A stretch of DNA of 33,485 nucleotides. It comes from a virus (taxonomy: Duplodnaviria; Caudoviricetes). Under the pieces are notes generated by a model. That model was not told the origin of the DNA. It searched no databases and saw nothing but the letters and a program-made list of their open reading frames with translations. Below are positions 1-9,819 of the stretch, one piece after another (the first letter of the stretch is position 1; every line of letters begins with the position of its first letter). Made by a program: the position numbers and the translations under genes. Where the stretch lies: positions 1 to 33,485 of IMG/VR virus record IMGVR_UViG_3300032245_001057. One strand, 5' to 3'.

Positions 1-1072
1 CTCGGTCATTACAAAGTTTTGAAAATTTAGTTACGTCTTTAGCATTGAAAAGTGTGGAATTTTTTTCAATAAAACTCAGAATAGCCTTTATTTGCTTATC
101 TTTGTCAATCTCCTGTGAGAGCCAGTCTTTAAGATTATATCCGCTTTCATGGGCAATTCCAAAATCATTATGAGGCTTTGGCGGCAGTTTGATAACTAGT
201 TGATTAAGATCAAAGAACTTGCTCAGATTCATGAAGATCTTAATAGATGAAATAAGACCATGATTCTTTTCTGAATCTGAGTCATTATTGTTAGAAATAA
301 TAATTCGATCAATTTCTTTACCGCTAAGGTATGAAATAATCTTAGGGTTAATACCCAAACCAAAAGTGACCAAAGAATTCTTAATTCCTTGATCAAACAA
401 GGCCATGCTATCACCAATGCTTTCTACAAGGATAACCTCTTTAGCTTGATCAATATATTCATCAACTGTTGTGGCAGCAGGGATATATGCTGGATAGACC
501 CAGTTCTTTCTTTTGCCAAGATGTTTCCATTTAGCAAAATCATTTTCATTATCTACTTTTCGCCCAGAGAATCCAATGATTTGTTTGTTCTCATCATAGA
601 TTGGGAATACCATCCTACGATACATTTGACCTACTCCTGCAAGACCAACTTTAAAAAATCTTTGGGTAGTTTCTGAAATTGATTTGTTTTTATAAAAATT
701 GTAATTGGGAAACAATCTTTCTAGTGCTGATTCTGGATAAATTTTTTCCATTTCGATTAATTCTTTATTTTCTGTATAGGTATAGGTTTCGCCTTTTTGA
801 ATACCATCTAAGATATTTTTTAATTTAGTTCTGTCGTCTTTGAGAGTAAGTTGAATAAGAGCTTCTAAAGGTTTTGATCCTTTATTCTCAATATAGTCAT
901 TCCATACTCCAGTATTTTTATAGATTTGAACTGCGGTCTTATTGTCGCCATTTCTATAAATCGCACTAGTTCTCCAGTGATTGCCGCAATCAATAAGATT
1001 GTATCCTATGGACTCTAATACTTCTTTAATTTTATTAGAATCTATCGAAGTTGGGGATGTGGTCATCGTCAT
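1..1072 (-). CDS. dnaG: DNA primase (DnaG-type, TOPRIM), 3'-partial
   Basis: Not in the ORF track because it has no stop in the window. Manual translation is open from ATG 1072 (or 1066) to base 1: RMVFPIYDENKQIIGFSGR (DnaG RNA-polymerase domain) and EVILVESIGDSMAL (TOPRIM). Overlaps the helicase 3' end. Confidence 0.85.
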   Translation of the reverse strand, partial: MTMTTSPTSIDSNKIKEVLESIGYNLIDCGNHWRTSAIYRNGDNKTAVQIYKNTGVWNDYIENKGSKPLEALIQLTLKDDRTKLKNILDGIQKGETYTYTENKELIEMEKIYPESALERLFPNYNFYKNKSISETTQRFFKVGLAGVGQMYRRMVFPIYDENKQIIGFSGRKVDNENDFAKWKHLGKRKNWVYPAYIPAATTVDEYIDQAKEVILVESIGDSMALFDQGIKNSLVTFGLGINPKIISYLSGKEIDRIIISNNNDSDSEKNHGLISSIKIFMNLSKFFDLNQLVIKLPPKPHNDFGIAHESGYNLKDWLSQEIDKDKQIKAILSFIEKNSTLFNAKDVTKFSKLCNDR

Positions 1073-2552
1073 CTGTATCTTCTAATTCTTGATTTCCTTC
1101 TAATGCTTGAGCAATATCTCTCAGATCTCCTCGTTCTGCAATATTAAAATTAGCAAATTCCAAATTAACGAAGTTCTTTCGCAGGGTGTCTCCAATTCGG
1201 ATTGGTTCTACTGCACCAGCAATATCCTTGCCCAAGTGTCGAGCCTTAACATTAATAAGTTTATGAGTTCCGAATCGAACTCCTTCTGTCTGGATCTCAT
1301 CAGCAGTTTTATTTCTAAGAATAAACATATGAGAACAGAATTGAGTAATGCGATCTGAAAGAGATACGACGCTTTCGTCATCAATCACATTAGCTGCCAT
1401 ACGGTTATTTGTAATACCACTACGATTAGATTGAACTGAAGTGATCATGGGAATGACTGGATTGCCATCTTCAAGGATTTCTTTCTGAATACATTTCTTA
1501 AACTTATCAACCATTTCACCGACAGTCTGCCATTCGCTCTTTCCTGCGCCAGATTCTGAGGTTGTCTTAATGTAATCGAATGAGAAAATCATCTGATTGC
1601 CTCGACCAACTTTAGAATAATAAAAACGCTTTAGAGTGTCAATCATGGAATCAACGTCCATGCCTCCTACATTGTAATAATAGAATTGAAGATCTTTGAT
1701 CTTAGACCATACACTACGAACTTTATCGACTACTTCTTGTCCAGCCCTGCGCCAGTTGCCGCTCTCAATAAGATGCATGGGAACGCCAGATAAAGCGGCG
1801 CACTGGCGCATCACAAGCTCCTCTTTGCTCATTTCTCCGTTATCAAAGTGAAGAACTGGGACATTGTATTTTGCGCTAACCTTAGTGGCGTAGTGCATAC
1901 AAAACTGAGTCTTTCCAACGCCAGAGCGAGCTACAATAACTGTAATATTTCCTGGGCGCAAAAGTGATCCATAAATCTCATTAACCTTTTGATGCGGACC
2001 CATCATTCCAAATTCGGTAATAGGATTATTTCCACGCTCTTCAATAATATCTTCCATATCAGCATAGATGTTCTCTGGAACATCCTTGCCAATTTCATAG
2101 AGATTAATCTTAGAGTTGTAAATGCTATCCGCGCATTCAACAATCTGTTGATACGAAGATTCTGGAGATATAGATTTCATTGCTTTCGCCATCTCCTGAG
2201 AAGAATTAAAGATTTCCCTACGAATAGAGAATTTCTTTAATTCCTTTGCAGTTTTTACTAGATTGCCAGTTGGGACTTTTCTCAATGCAAGTGACTTGAT
2301 ATAGTCAGATGGATTCAAATTGTCTTCGAAAGATAATCCAATTGAATTAATTCTTTGGGCGATAATGATTTCATCAATTTCATCACCAGCATCAATAGCT
2401 TGTTTAATAATAGTAAAGATCGCGCTATGGAGATTACTCTGTTCGGAGTAAAAATCAGATGCATCAATAAAATTAGAGATCTGCGAAAAATGCTGTGACT
2501 CTTTAATAAGACCAGCAAGGAGTTGTTTTTCTATTTCAAAATTATAAATCAT
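1035..2552 (-). CDS. dnaB: Replicative DNA helicase, DnaB family
   Basis: DnaB N-terminal domain (EIEKQLLAGLI...DFYSEQ), Walker A ARSGVGKT, EMSKEELVMR, FDYI, SVQSNR; adjacent to primase. Confidence 0.9.
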   Translation of the reverse strand: MIYNFEIEKQLLAGLIKESQHFSQISNFIDASDFYSEQSNLHSAIFTIIKQAIDAGDEIDEIIIAQRINSIGLSFEDNLNPSDYIKSLALRKVPTGNLVKTAKELKKFSIRREIFNSSQEMAKAMKSISPESSYQQIVECADSIYNSKINLYEIGKDVPENIYADMEDIIEERGNNPITEFGMMGPHQKVNEIYGSLLRPGNITVIVARSGVGKTQFCMHYATKVSAKYNVPVLHFDNGEMSKEELVMRQCAALSGVPMHLIESGNWRRAGQEVVDKVRSVWSKIKDLQFYYYNVGGMDVDSMIDTLKRFYYSKVGRGNQMIFSFDYIKTTSESGAGKSEWQTVGEMVDKFKKCIQKEILEDGNPVIPMITSVQSNRSGITNNRMAANVIDDESVVSLSDRITQFCSHMFILRNKTADEIQTEGVRFGTHKLINVKARHLGKDIAGAVEPIRIGDTLRKNFVNLEFANFNIAERGDLRDIAQALEGNQELEDTDDDDHIPNFDRF

Positions 2553-2561
2553 TTTGTAGTT

Positions 2562-2589
2562 ATTCTATTGTTCTACCTAAACTATGCAA
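2562..2589 (-). promoter_or_regulatory. Putative sigma70-type promoter for dnaB
   Basis: TTGCAT-16nt-TAGAAT on the minus strand, with the -10 box 9 nt upstream of the ATG. Confidence 0.45.
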
Positions 2590-2592
2590 GCT

Positions 2593-2838
2593 TTATTCAT
2601 CTAGCATTTCAGTATCATTATTAGTTCTAAGCAAATAATCAGACATGGCTTTTTTCAATCCAAGCTCGGTGATTACTGAATCGAATCTTGAATAAATCAT
2701 TGGATATCCCTTTTCAGTAACGCAAGCAATAATCAATCCTTTATATTTATCTGAGTCTCCACTCAGCTCATACAGTTTATTGACTAGGCTATCTGGGATG
2801 CTAAATTCTGGCTGTTCTTCTGGTTCAAATTCTTCCAT
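2593..2838 (-). CDS. Hypothetical protein (81 aa)
   Basis: Fits operon packing. ATG at 2838 (MEEFEPEE) is preferred over the track start, which overlaps the upstream gene. Confidence 0.7.
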   Translation of the reverse strand: MEEFEPEEQPEFSIPDSLVNKLYELSGDSDKYKGLIIACVTEKGYPMIYSRFDSVITELGLKKAMSDYLLRTNNDTEMLDE

Positions 2839-2839
2839 A

Positions 2840-3247
2840 TTATAAGTATATTTGTTGATTCTCAAAAAATTCCAAACAGATTTTATCTGTTGGGTAAATT
2901 TCCACTAATTTTAGATTATTTTTTTGACAAAATTCATATTTTTTGTCGTCTCTTTTTAATTGCTGTAAATACTTAAGTCGATTTCCATGAAAGAATTTGA
3001 CAAATTTTGTATGTTGCGCTCCTTGGACTTCTATCATGATTTTCTTATTTGCATTATAAAAATCAAAACTTAATCTTGTTCCGACTAATCTGAATTCTTC
3101 AAAAACAATATCATGTTGCCAATATGGGCGAAGAAAGTATTTTACTTGAAGTTGAAATTTACTTCTACTTTTTTTGTCCCAATCAATGAGATATTTTTTA
3201 GCATTTTTTAAATTAAGTTCTCTACCATTAATTCCTATGAATTTCAT
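2840..3247 (-). CDS. Vsr/DUF559-like endonuclease
   Basis: FDFY...IEVQGAQH...FFHG...QLKRDDKK pattern typical of very-short-patch-repair-like nucleases. Confidence 0.65.
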   Translation of the reverse strand: MKFIGINGRELNLKNAKKYLIDWDKKSRSKFQLQVKYFLRPYWQHDIVFEEFRLVGTRLSFDFYNANKKIMIEVQGAQHTKFVKFFHGNRLKYLQQLKRDDKKYEFCQKNNLKLVEIYPTDKICLEFFENQQIYL

Positions 3248-4392
3248 GTATTGAGATTATTGATTGACGCTTTAAAATAATTAACTAAGAATCCGCAGAG
3301 TTTATCATCATCTTCGATGATTTTGAAAAGATTATTATCTCCTTGAATTGTTTCTGGGAATTCAAGTCCATTTTCAATGAGTAGATCTTTAAATTCTTCT
3401 ACTGGTTTAATCCAAGCACCTTTCTTTTCAAGAAACTCCCAAGCATAAAGAAGATCTACGACTTCTTTTTGAACCCAGATTGAAGTTCCATTCTTGCGAC
3501 CATATCGAATTGGATATGTAATTGTCATATTGGTTTTCTCATTAGGAGACTTTTTAATAGTAGCCTTAGCGAAATGTCCAATGATTGGATTCTTTTTAAC
3601 GCAAATAGTTTTATTTGCTGAATCCTGAAGAATAAGATCTCCTTTATAACGAGGCTCAAATTCTACGATATAATTCGCAAAGTGAAGAAGAGCGTTGCCA
3701 CCAGTAGCACTGGTTTGACGGATTGGAGCTTTAGAGTATGGATCAAGCTTGATATCAGCACGAACTTGACTAATGAAGATTGCCATGTGTCCTCGCTTAG
3801 TAAGAGCGATAGATAGACGCTTCATAAAGTTTGCTGCAATGACTGCACCACCAGCAACTTTATTGCTGTCCTCAAATGATTTATCGAGATCTCCCTTAGT
3901 GATAAGACCATCTACAGAATCAAGCAAGAAACAATACTTCGTCTTCTCATCATTCTTGGCGACAAGCTCCCTCATCACATCTACAACTGTTTCATAAATA
4001 TTACTTTCAAATACAAAACAAGTTCCAGCCACCCATTCTTCCGCTGAAAACACGAATCTAACTCCAGAACGATTTCTCATTTCTGGAGATAGCCTACCTT
4101 CTGCTTTGATATAAAAGCCTTTGGCATTTGGAAGATCATTGCAAAAATTCTTCATTACTTCCAAAGATTCAGAAGTCTTGCCTCCTTCGTTCATACCGAC
4201 AAAGCGATGCAATCCTGGCCCAAATCCGCCACCTAATTGCAAATCAAATTGAATTGATCCGCTAGACACTTTATAGTCTATTTCATCTTCAAAATTGTAG
4301 TGATCTTCTTTATTTGTTTTTAAGAAAGAACCAAGAACGCTTTGTGACGATGGCACTTCTTTTGTCGATTTTTCTTCTTTAATTTTAGTCAT
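3244..4392 (-). CDS. recA: Divergent RecA/UvsX-like recombinase
   Basis: SSGSIQFDLQLGGG, Walker A GMNEGGKTS, Walker B LLDSVDGL, IFISQVR, ATGGNALLHFA. Confidence 0.85.
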   Translation of the reverse strand: MTKIKEEKSTKEVPSSQSVLGSFLKTNKEDHYNFEDEIDYKVSSGSIQFDLQLGGGFGPGLHRFVGMNEGGKTSESLEVMKNFCNDLPNAKGFYIKAEGRLSPEMRNRSGVRFVFSAEEWVAGTCFVFESNIYETVVDVMRELVAKNDEKTKYCFLLDSVDGLITKGDLDKSFEDSNKVAGGAVIAANFMKRLSIALTKRGHMAIFISQVRADIKLDPYSKAPIRQTSATGGNALLHFANYIVEFEPRYKGDLILQDSANKTICVKKNPIIGHFAKATIKKSPNEKTNMTITYPIRYGRKNGTSIWVQKEVVDLLYAWEFLEKKGAWIKPVEEFKDLLIENGLEFPETIQGDNNLFKIIEDDDKLCGFLVNYFKASINNLNT

Positions 4393-4741
4393 TTAGAAAT
4401 TGTTTTGTTGTTTTTTTTCTTTGTTTTACCTCTGCGTCTTCACCTATCTTCTCTCCAATAGAGTAATCCTCATACTTACTGAAGTCAACTCTAAAGTTAA
4501 ATGCTGAAAATTTTATATCCATTTTCATTTTTAATTTATCGCAGACAATATAAGATAATGAATCAAATTTTTTGTCAAAAGAAACAATATTCATAAACTC
4601 TTCAGAATATCTTTCACAAAGATCATTGAGGATCTTCATCTCGCGCATGTAAAAAAGACGCTTGTTCTTTGTGGGAACAAGCGTCAGTCTAGAAAGAATG
4701 TCTTTCTTGTTGATTTTTTTCTTTGCTTTCTTTTTAGCCAC
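4385..4741 (-). CDS. Hypothetical basic protein
   Basis: 118-aa ORF overlapping both neighbours; Lys-rich N-terminus. Confidence 0.7.
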   Translation of the reverse strand: MAKKKAKKKINKKDILSRLTLVPTKNKRLFYMREMKILNDLCERYSEEFMNIVSFDKKFDSLSYIVCDKLKMKMDIKFSAFNFRVDFSKYEDYSIGEKIGEDAEVKQRKKTTKQFLND

Positions 4742-5867
4742 ACCCCATTTTAAGTTCTTCTAAGTCATTGTCAAGCATTTTCTTGACTAGACCTTTAAAA
4801 TCTGTTTTAGGTTTCCAATTAAGAAATGCTCTAGCATTTGTAGAATCACCCCAAAGAAGTTCGACTTCTGCTGGTCGATAAAATTTAGGATTAATTTTCA
4901 TTACGATTTGATCATTGACCACGAACTGTTCATCCTCTGGAATGCCAGTATTATTTTTCCAAGCTCCATTTAATCCTGCATGTTCAAATGCTAATTCGAC
5001 AAACTCTCTAATAGTATGAGTTTCATTAGAAGAAAGAACATATTCTTTTGGAGTTTCTTGATTAAGCATTAACCAAATACCTTCTACAAAATCTTCGGCA
5101 TCGCTCCAATCTCTTTTGGCATCAAGATTTCCCAATTCAAGAGGATCAAATTTCTGATCATTATCAAGAGCATTTTTAATCCTAGCAACTGCTTTGCTTA
5201 TTTTGCGAGTAACAAATTCTTCACCTCGTCTAGTTCCTTCATGATTAAAAAGCCAGCCCTGAATAGCGTAAAGATCGTATGACTCTCTCCAGACTTTTAC
5301 GAGCTGTCTTGATGCTGCTTTAGACGCTCCGTATGGGCTTCTAGGGCGCAATGGATGTTTCTCATCTTGAGGAACATAAGATACATCGCCAAATTCTTCT
5401 GAGGAGCCAGCTTGATAAAACCTACAACTTGGATGATAGAGTCTAATTGCTTCAAGAATGTGAAGAGCTGAAGTAGCATTTGTTTCCCAAGTTTGATGCC
5501 CAAAATCCCAGCTACTTCCAACAAAACTTTGTGCTGCTAAATTAATAAAATAATCTGGCTTGATCTTTTCAATTATCCTCGAAATAGAGTGACTATCAAT
5601 AAGATCAAAGTTAATCAAGTGAAAACGCTCATTATTGATATGAGAAATATTTTTATGATTATAAACACTAAGTCTACGAACGCATCCAAAAATTTCATAG
5701 TCCGTATTAGCTAAAAGATAATCGACCATGTGGCTGCCGTCTTGCCCAGTTACTCCTGTAACAATAATAGATTTTTTACCCACTGATTTTTTTGCCGCAT
5801 CTTCGATGTTTAAGATGTCCATGTGATCTATTTTTTTGCCTGTGTATTTTTCTTTAAGATTTTGCAT
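4734..5867 (-). CDS. gmd: GDP-mannose 4,6-dehydratase
   Basis: TGVTGQDGSH, NLAAQSFV, SSEEFG, PRSPYGASK, FNHE..RRGEEFVTRKI, GNLDAKRDW, RPAEVELL. Confidence 0.95.
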   Translation of the reverse strand: MQNLKEKYTGKKIDHMDILNIEDAAKKSVGKKSIIVTGVTGQDGSHMVDYLLANTDYEIFGCVRRLSVYNHKNISHINNERFHLINFDLIDSHSISRIIEKIKPDYFINLAAQSFVGSSWDFGHQTWETNATSALHILEAIRLYHPSCRFYQAGSSEEFGDVSYVPQDEKHPLRPRSPYGASKAASRQLVKVWRESYDLYAIQGWLFNHEGTRRGEEFVTRKISKAVARIKNALDNDQKFDPLELGNLDAKRDWSDAEDFVEGIWLMLNQETPKEYVLSSNETHTIREFVELAFEHAGLNGAWKNNTGIPEDEQFVVNDQIVMKINPKFYRPAEVELLWGDSTNARAFLNWKPKTDFKGLVKKMLDNDLEELKMGCG

Positions 5868-5868
5868 T

Positions 5869-6807
5869 TTAATTTAATTGATGAATTTTGATAATATATT
5901 TTTTTATAATAACGTCCCAACTAAAATTGTCAACAGCGTATTTTTTAATTTGTTTTCTCATTTTAATTGATTTTTCTCTATTTATTTTGATAACATTTTC
6001 AACATATTCTAGATTATTTATTTTAATTTCGGGGATTACATCAATAAATGGTAATGATAAATCTAAATTGGCTGTAGCATATTCTGATACAACTAAGCCT
6101 AATCCCGCCATTAAAGCCTCTTTAGTAACTAAGGGGTCAGCTTCACCATCACTAAGCAGTATTAAATTTGCATAATTTGTTAAATTAGTATAAAGAAAAT
6201 CTTTATTCCATTCGCCTAAATAATTAATATTATTGTTAAATCTTTCATCAGCAATATTTCCAGCAAAATATAAAGATCCAATACCTTGAAATAAGTATTG
6301 ACGTTTTCTGTAATCTATTTTGGCCAAATAAATAGATTTATCTTTATATTCGCATTCTTCTTTGAGTATAAACAAATCTTCTCTTGCTCCATTTGGAGTG
6401 ATAAATAACCTATCATTTGCAACGCCTAATTTTAAATATGTATTTTTTATATTTTCAGATAGACAAAAGACATAAAAATTTCCAGTAATAATTTCATGTA
6501 GAATTCTATGATATTCAGGATGCTTTTCATATTGTTCTGTATAAGCGTAGTGAGTAGTCAATGCTTTTCTTTTGCATTGAATGCGTGGCATTAGAAATGC
6601 ATAATCATCATATTGCATATGCACAAAATCAGGATTAAAAGAATTAACTAAATCAACAATTTCTTGTGGATTAGATACGTTAACAATCTGAACATCATGT
6701 CCGTGTTTTTTTAAATTTTCGCTATAATCCCAAATTAATGATTCAACCGCGCCCCAAGCAATTGGAGGGATACTCATGAAGCCAGGTCCAATGATAGATA
6801 TTTTCAT
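5869..6807 (-). CDS. GT-B (GT4-like) glycosyltransferase
   Basis: IPPIAWGAVE N-terminal motif; EADPLVTKEA (EX7E); FSWD near the C-terminus. Confidence 0.75.
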   Translation of the reverse strand: MKISIIGPGFMSIPPIAWGAVESLIWDYSENLKKHGHDVQIVNVSNPQEIVDLVNSFNPDFVHMQYDDYAFLMPRIQCKRKALTTHYAYTEQYEKHPEYHRILHEIITGNFYVFCLSENIKNTYLKLGVANDRLFITPNGAREDLFILKEECEYKDKSIYLAKIDYRKRQYLFQGIGSLYFAGNIADERFNNNINYLGEWNKDFLYTNLTNYANLILLSDGEADPLVTKEALMAGLGLVVSEYATANLDLSLPFIDVIPEIKINNLEYVENVIKINREKSIKMRKQIKKYAVDNFSWDVIIKKYIIKIHQLN

Positions 6808-6808
6808 A

Positions 6809-7609
6809 TTAGATATTCCATTTTTCTTTTATTGCGTCTTGTGTTTCTCCATTATAATCTAGACCATTTATTTGTCTATCTGAATAACCATGAAATACAA
6901 ATATTTTTTCAAATTCATCATCAAAAGGATTTTTACCAAATAGTTCGTTATTAATTAATTTTAATGGCATGTGATTAGCGCAACAATGGTTTGATGATCC
7001 GTTTATATTTTGATATTCATATTTTAATAATACCGTTGATAAAAAAGTTTCATCATATAACCCATCAATAAATTGATTATTATTTAAATAGTATTCGTTA
7101 TGTAAATTAAAAACTTCTTTTAATATACTTAAGCAGTTTTGATTGTTTTTAAAAAAGAATACGCCTCCTGTAAAAAATGGAGTTTTTGGATCTATAGCGT
7201 ATTTATTTATGAAATCAAATGATGATTGAGTTCTAAATATTTTAGAAAATTTATTAAAATCTATTAAATGAAAATGTTGGATAACTCCAAATTTATTTTG
7301 GATTTTATTAAAAATTTGCTCAATTTGATCGCTACATATAATTGTATCACAATCTAAATATATTCCGTATTCAGTATCTAATTGTTGACATACATAATAT
7401 TTATATTGCCAAAATATATGTTTTTGATTTATTTTTTCATCAATGTGTATTATCTCTATATTTTCAGAATTAGTTAATTTTTTATCAATATCTAAAATTT
7501 TAATTTTATATTTAACATTTAATCTAGACAAACTTCTTATAGATTTTTTTAATTGCTCATAATAGATGTCCGACCCACCAACAACATAAAAAAATGTATA
7601 TTTTATCAT
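6809..7609 (-). CDS. GT-A (GT8-like) glycosyltransferase
   Basis: YLDCDT DxD motif, FTGGVFFF, YDETFLS. Confidence 0.6.
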   Translation of the reverse strand: MIKYTFFYVVGGSDIYYEQLKKSIRSLSRLNVKYKIKILDIDKKLTNSENIEIIHIDEKINQKHIFWQYKYYVCQQLDTEYGIYLDCDTIICSDQIEQIFNKIQNKFGVIQHFHLIDFNKFSKIFRTQSSFDFINKYAIDPKTPFFTGGVFFFKNNQNCLSILKEVFNLHNEYYLNNNQFIDGLYDETFLSTVLLKYEYQNINGSSNHCCANHMPLKLINNELFGKNPFDDEFEKIFVFHGYSDRQINGLDYNGETQDAIKEKWNI

Positions 7610-8559
7610 TCTAAAAGATTTTTAATTTTTGTAATATAAGAATTCATTAAAATACTTTCAAGACCAAAAGCATCAATAGCGTATTGTCTGATTTCTTGTC
7701 TTTTATTAGTTGATATTTTTTTATTTTTCTCGATAATTTCTTTAATATAATTAATATCATTTATTTTATCTTCGGGTATAATATCAATAAAATCTAAACT
7801 TGTATCTAATTCATATGCGACGGCTTCTGTAACAACCAATCCTAATCCACACATTAAAGCTTCTTTAGGTGCTAAAGGCGTAGTGTTTTCAACAGAACTG
7901 ATTAAAATAAAATTGGAGTATTTAGAAATTTCTTGATTTAATAATTCTCTAGAGACTTCTCCTTTGTAGTTTTTGTAATTATGAAATTTTGAATCGGACA
8001 GTCTTCCCATGAAATCAATATTTTCAATATCTTGAATTATATATTGTCTTTTTCTATCAACAATTTGGGAAAAGCATAGAGTCTTATCGTATTCAGCTTT
8101 TTCATAGAAAGTATATGGTTCATATCTTACCCCTAATTTACTTAAAAATGTATTTTCTCGTTTTGCTCCAAAATTAACAAAAGTATCAATATCTTTTTGA
8201 GATGATGCAAAAATATGAAAATCTTTATTATTAGTAATTTGATTTATAATTCTATCGTATCCATCATTATGATAATTATTTGGATTATTAATAAATGGAT
8301 AATGACTTGATATGATTTTTACTTTTGAATAAATGCTATTTATAATATCAATAAATATATCATAATGAATATGGACCACATCATAGTTTCCTGAATTCAC
8401 TTTTTGAATAATTTCAATCCTAGACGAGCTATTGATAATATCAACATTAATATTATTTTTTGTTAAAATGTTATAATAATCCCATAACATCATTTCTACC
8501 GCGCCCCAAGTATCTGGAGGTATAGGCATTATTCCTGGAGCAACTAAACAAATTTTCAT
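7606..8559 (-). CDS. GT-B (GT4-like) glycosyltransferase, paralog of 5869-6807
   Basis: IPPDTWGAVE; ENTTPLAPKEALMCGLGLVV. Confidence 0.75.
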   Translation of the reverse strand: MKICLVAPGIMPIPPDTWGAVEMMLWDYYNILTKNNINVDIINSSSRIEIIQKVNSGNYDVVHIHYDIFIDIINSIYSKVKIISSHYPFINNPNNYHNDGYDRIINQITNNKDFHIFASSQKDIDTFVNFGAKRENTFLSKLGVRYEPYTFYEKAEYDKTLCFSQIVDRKRQYIIQDIENIDFMGRLSDSKFHNYKNYKGEVSRELLNQEISKYSNFILISSVENTTPLAPKEALMCGLGLVVTEAVAYELDTSLDFIDIIPEDKINDINYIKEIIEKNKKISTNKRQEIRQYAIDAFGLESILMNSYITKIKNLLE

Positions 8560-8561
8560 AA

Positions 8562-9809
8562 TTAAATTATTTCAAATTTTGGACAAGGAACTATAAATTT
8601 ACCGCCATTATCTAAGAAAGATTTTTCTCTAACTTTGAATTCATCAATAAAATGCCAAGGAAGAATGAGTAAGTAATCAGGGTTAGCTTTTCTCATTTCT
8701 TCTTCTGAAAAAATAGGAATATTTGTACCAACAGTTTTTAAGCCAAACTTATAAGGGCTTCTTTCTGCCGCTCCGTCAATTAATGTATTGTCTAATCCAA
8801 AATATTGTAATAATGTATTACCTTTTGTTGATGCTCCATAAACCCAAGTGCTTTTTCCTTTTTCTTTTGCTGATTTAATGAAATTAAAAGTCTGCTCTTT
8901 TAAGGATTTTATTTTTTCATAAAAATCAAGATAGTATGATGGTTCATTCATATTAAGATTCTCTTCGTATTGAAGAAGAGATTCTATTCTAAATTTTGCG
9001 ACATCCCTATAAGGAGCTGTAGCAAATGAATTTTTACTTGCAGTATTTTTTTGTAGATAAACCCTAAATGAACCCCCATTAACATCATTCAATTCGCAAT
9101 CAACAATTTTAAAATTACAATTTTCAACTAAATATTTCATTGAGTGCAAATTATAATACATTAAATGTTCGTGACAAATATTATCAAAAGCCAATTGATT
9201 AATCATGAGCGGAGTATAACTCATTTGAATTACAAATAATCCATCATCATCCAATATATCATAAGCGTCATTTAAAAATGATTTTGGATCTTCAAGATCA
9301 TAAAACATAGCAATACAGGTAACGACATCACATTTTCTATTTTTAAAAATGCTTTTATTATAAGATTCCTTAGAAAAGTAATCTTGAATAATTTCATCTG
9401 CATATTTAGAGCTTTCTTTAACATATGAATCTTCTACTGGATCAATTCCTAATTTTGAAATTTCTTCGGGCAAATAACTTAAAAGTGTTCCATCATTACA
9501 TGCTATGTCAAGCCACAAGGATTTATTATCTAGTTTTTTAACATATGTGCATGAATCTACAACATTTTTTAATTGCTTTCTCATGGTGTTATTAGTACCA
9601 GACCTATACCAATATCTTCCATACATTTTATCTGGATCAACTCCCGATTCGAGCTGAACAAGTCCAGATTTTTTGGATAGCATTAATTTTAATTCAAATT
9701 TTTCAACTTCTTTTTGATCATCTTCAATAAAATCGGAAACGCATAGATTTCCCAGGGTAAAAAGCTCAACTAGCTCATCGTTTGATATTCTACAGTTTAT
9801 TTTTTTCAT
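8562..9809 (-). CDS. NDP-hexose C-methyltransferase
   Basis: LDIACNDGTLL SAM motif, DNICHEHLMYY, YGASTKGNTLL, PDYLLILPWHF, GGKFIVPCP. Confidence 0.85.
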   Translation of the reverse strand: MKKINCRISNDELVELFTLGNLCVSDFIEDDQKEVEKFELKLMLSKKSGLVQLESGVDPDKMYGRYWYRSGTNNTMRKQLKNVVDSCTYVKKLDNKSLWLDIACNDGTLLSYLPEEISKLGIDPVEDSYVKESSKYADEIIQDYFSKESYNKSIFKNRKCDVVTCIAMFYDLEDPKSFLNDAYDILDDDGLFVIQMSYTPLMINQLAFDNICHEHLMYYNLHSMKYLVENCNFKIVDCELNDVNGGSFRVYLQKNTASKNSFATAPYRDVAKFRIESLLQYEENLNMNEPSYYLDFYEKIKSLKEQTFNFIKSAKEKGKSTWVYGASTKGNTLLQYFGLDNTLIDGAAERSPYKFGLKTVGTNIPIFSEEEMRKANPDYLLILPWHFIDEFKVREKSFLDNGGKFIVPCPKFEII

Positions 9810-9819
9810 GATTGTTTAA

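Noticed and set aside
229-676. Track ORFs 229-417(-) and 389-676(+)
   Set aside because: Shadow frames over the primase, which carries clear motifs in another frame.
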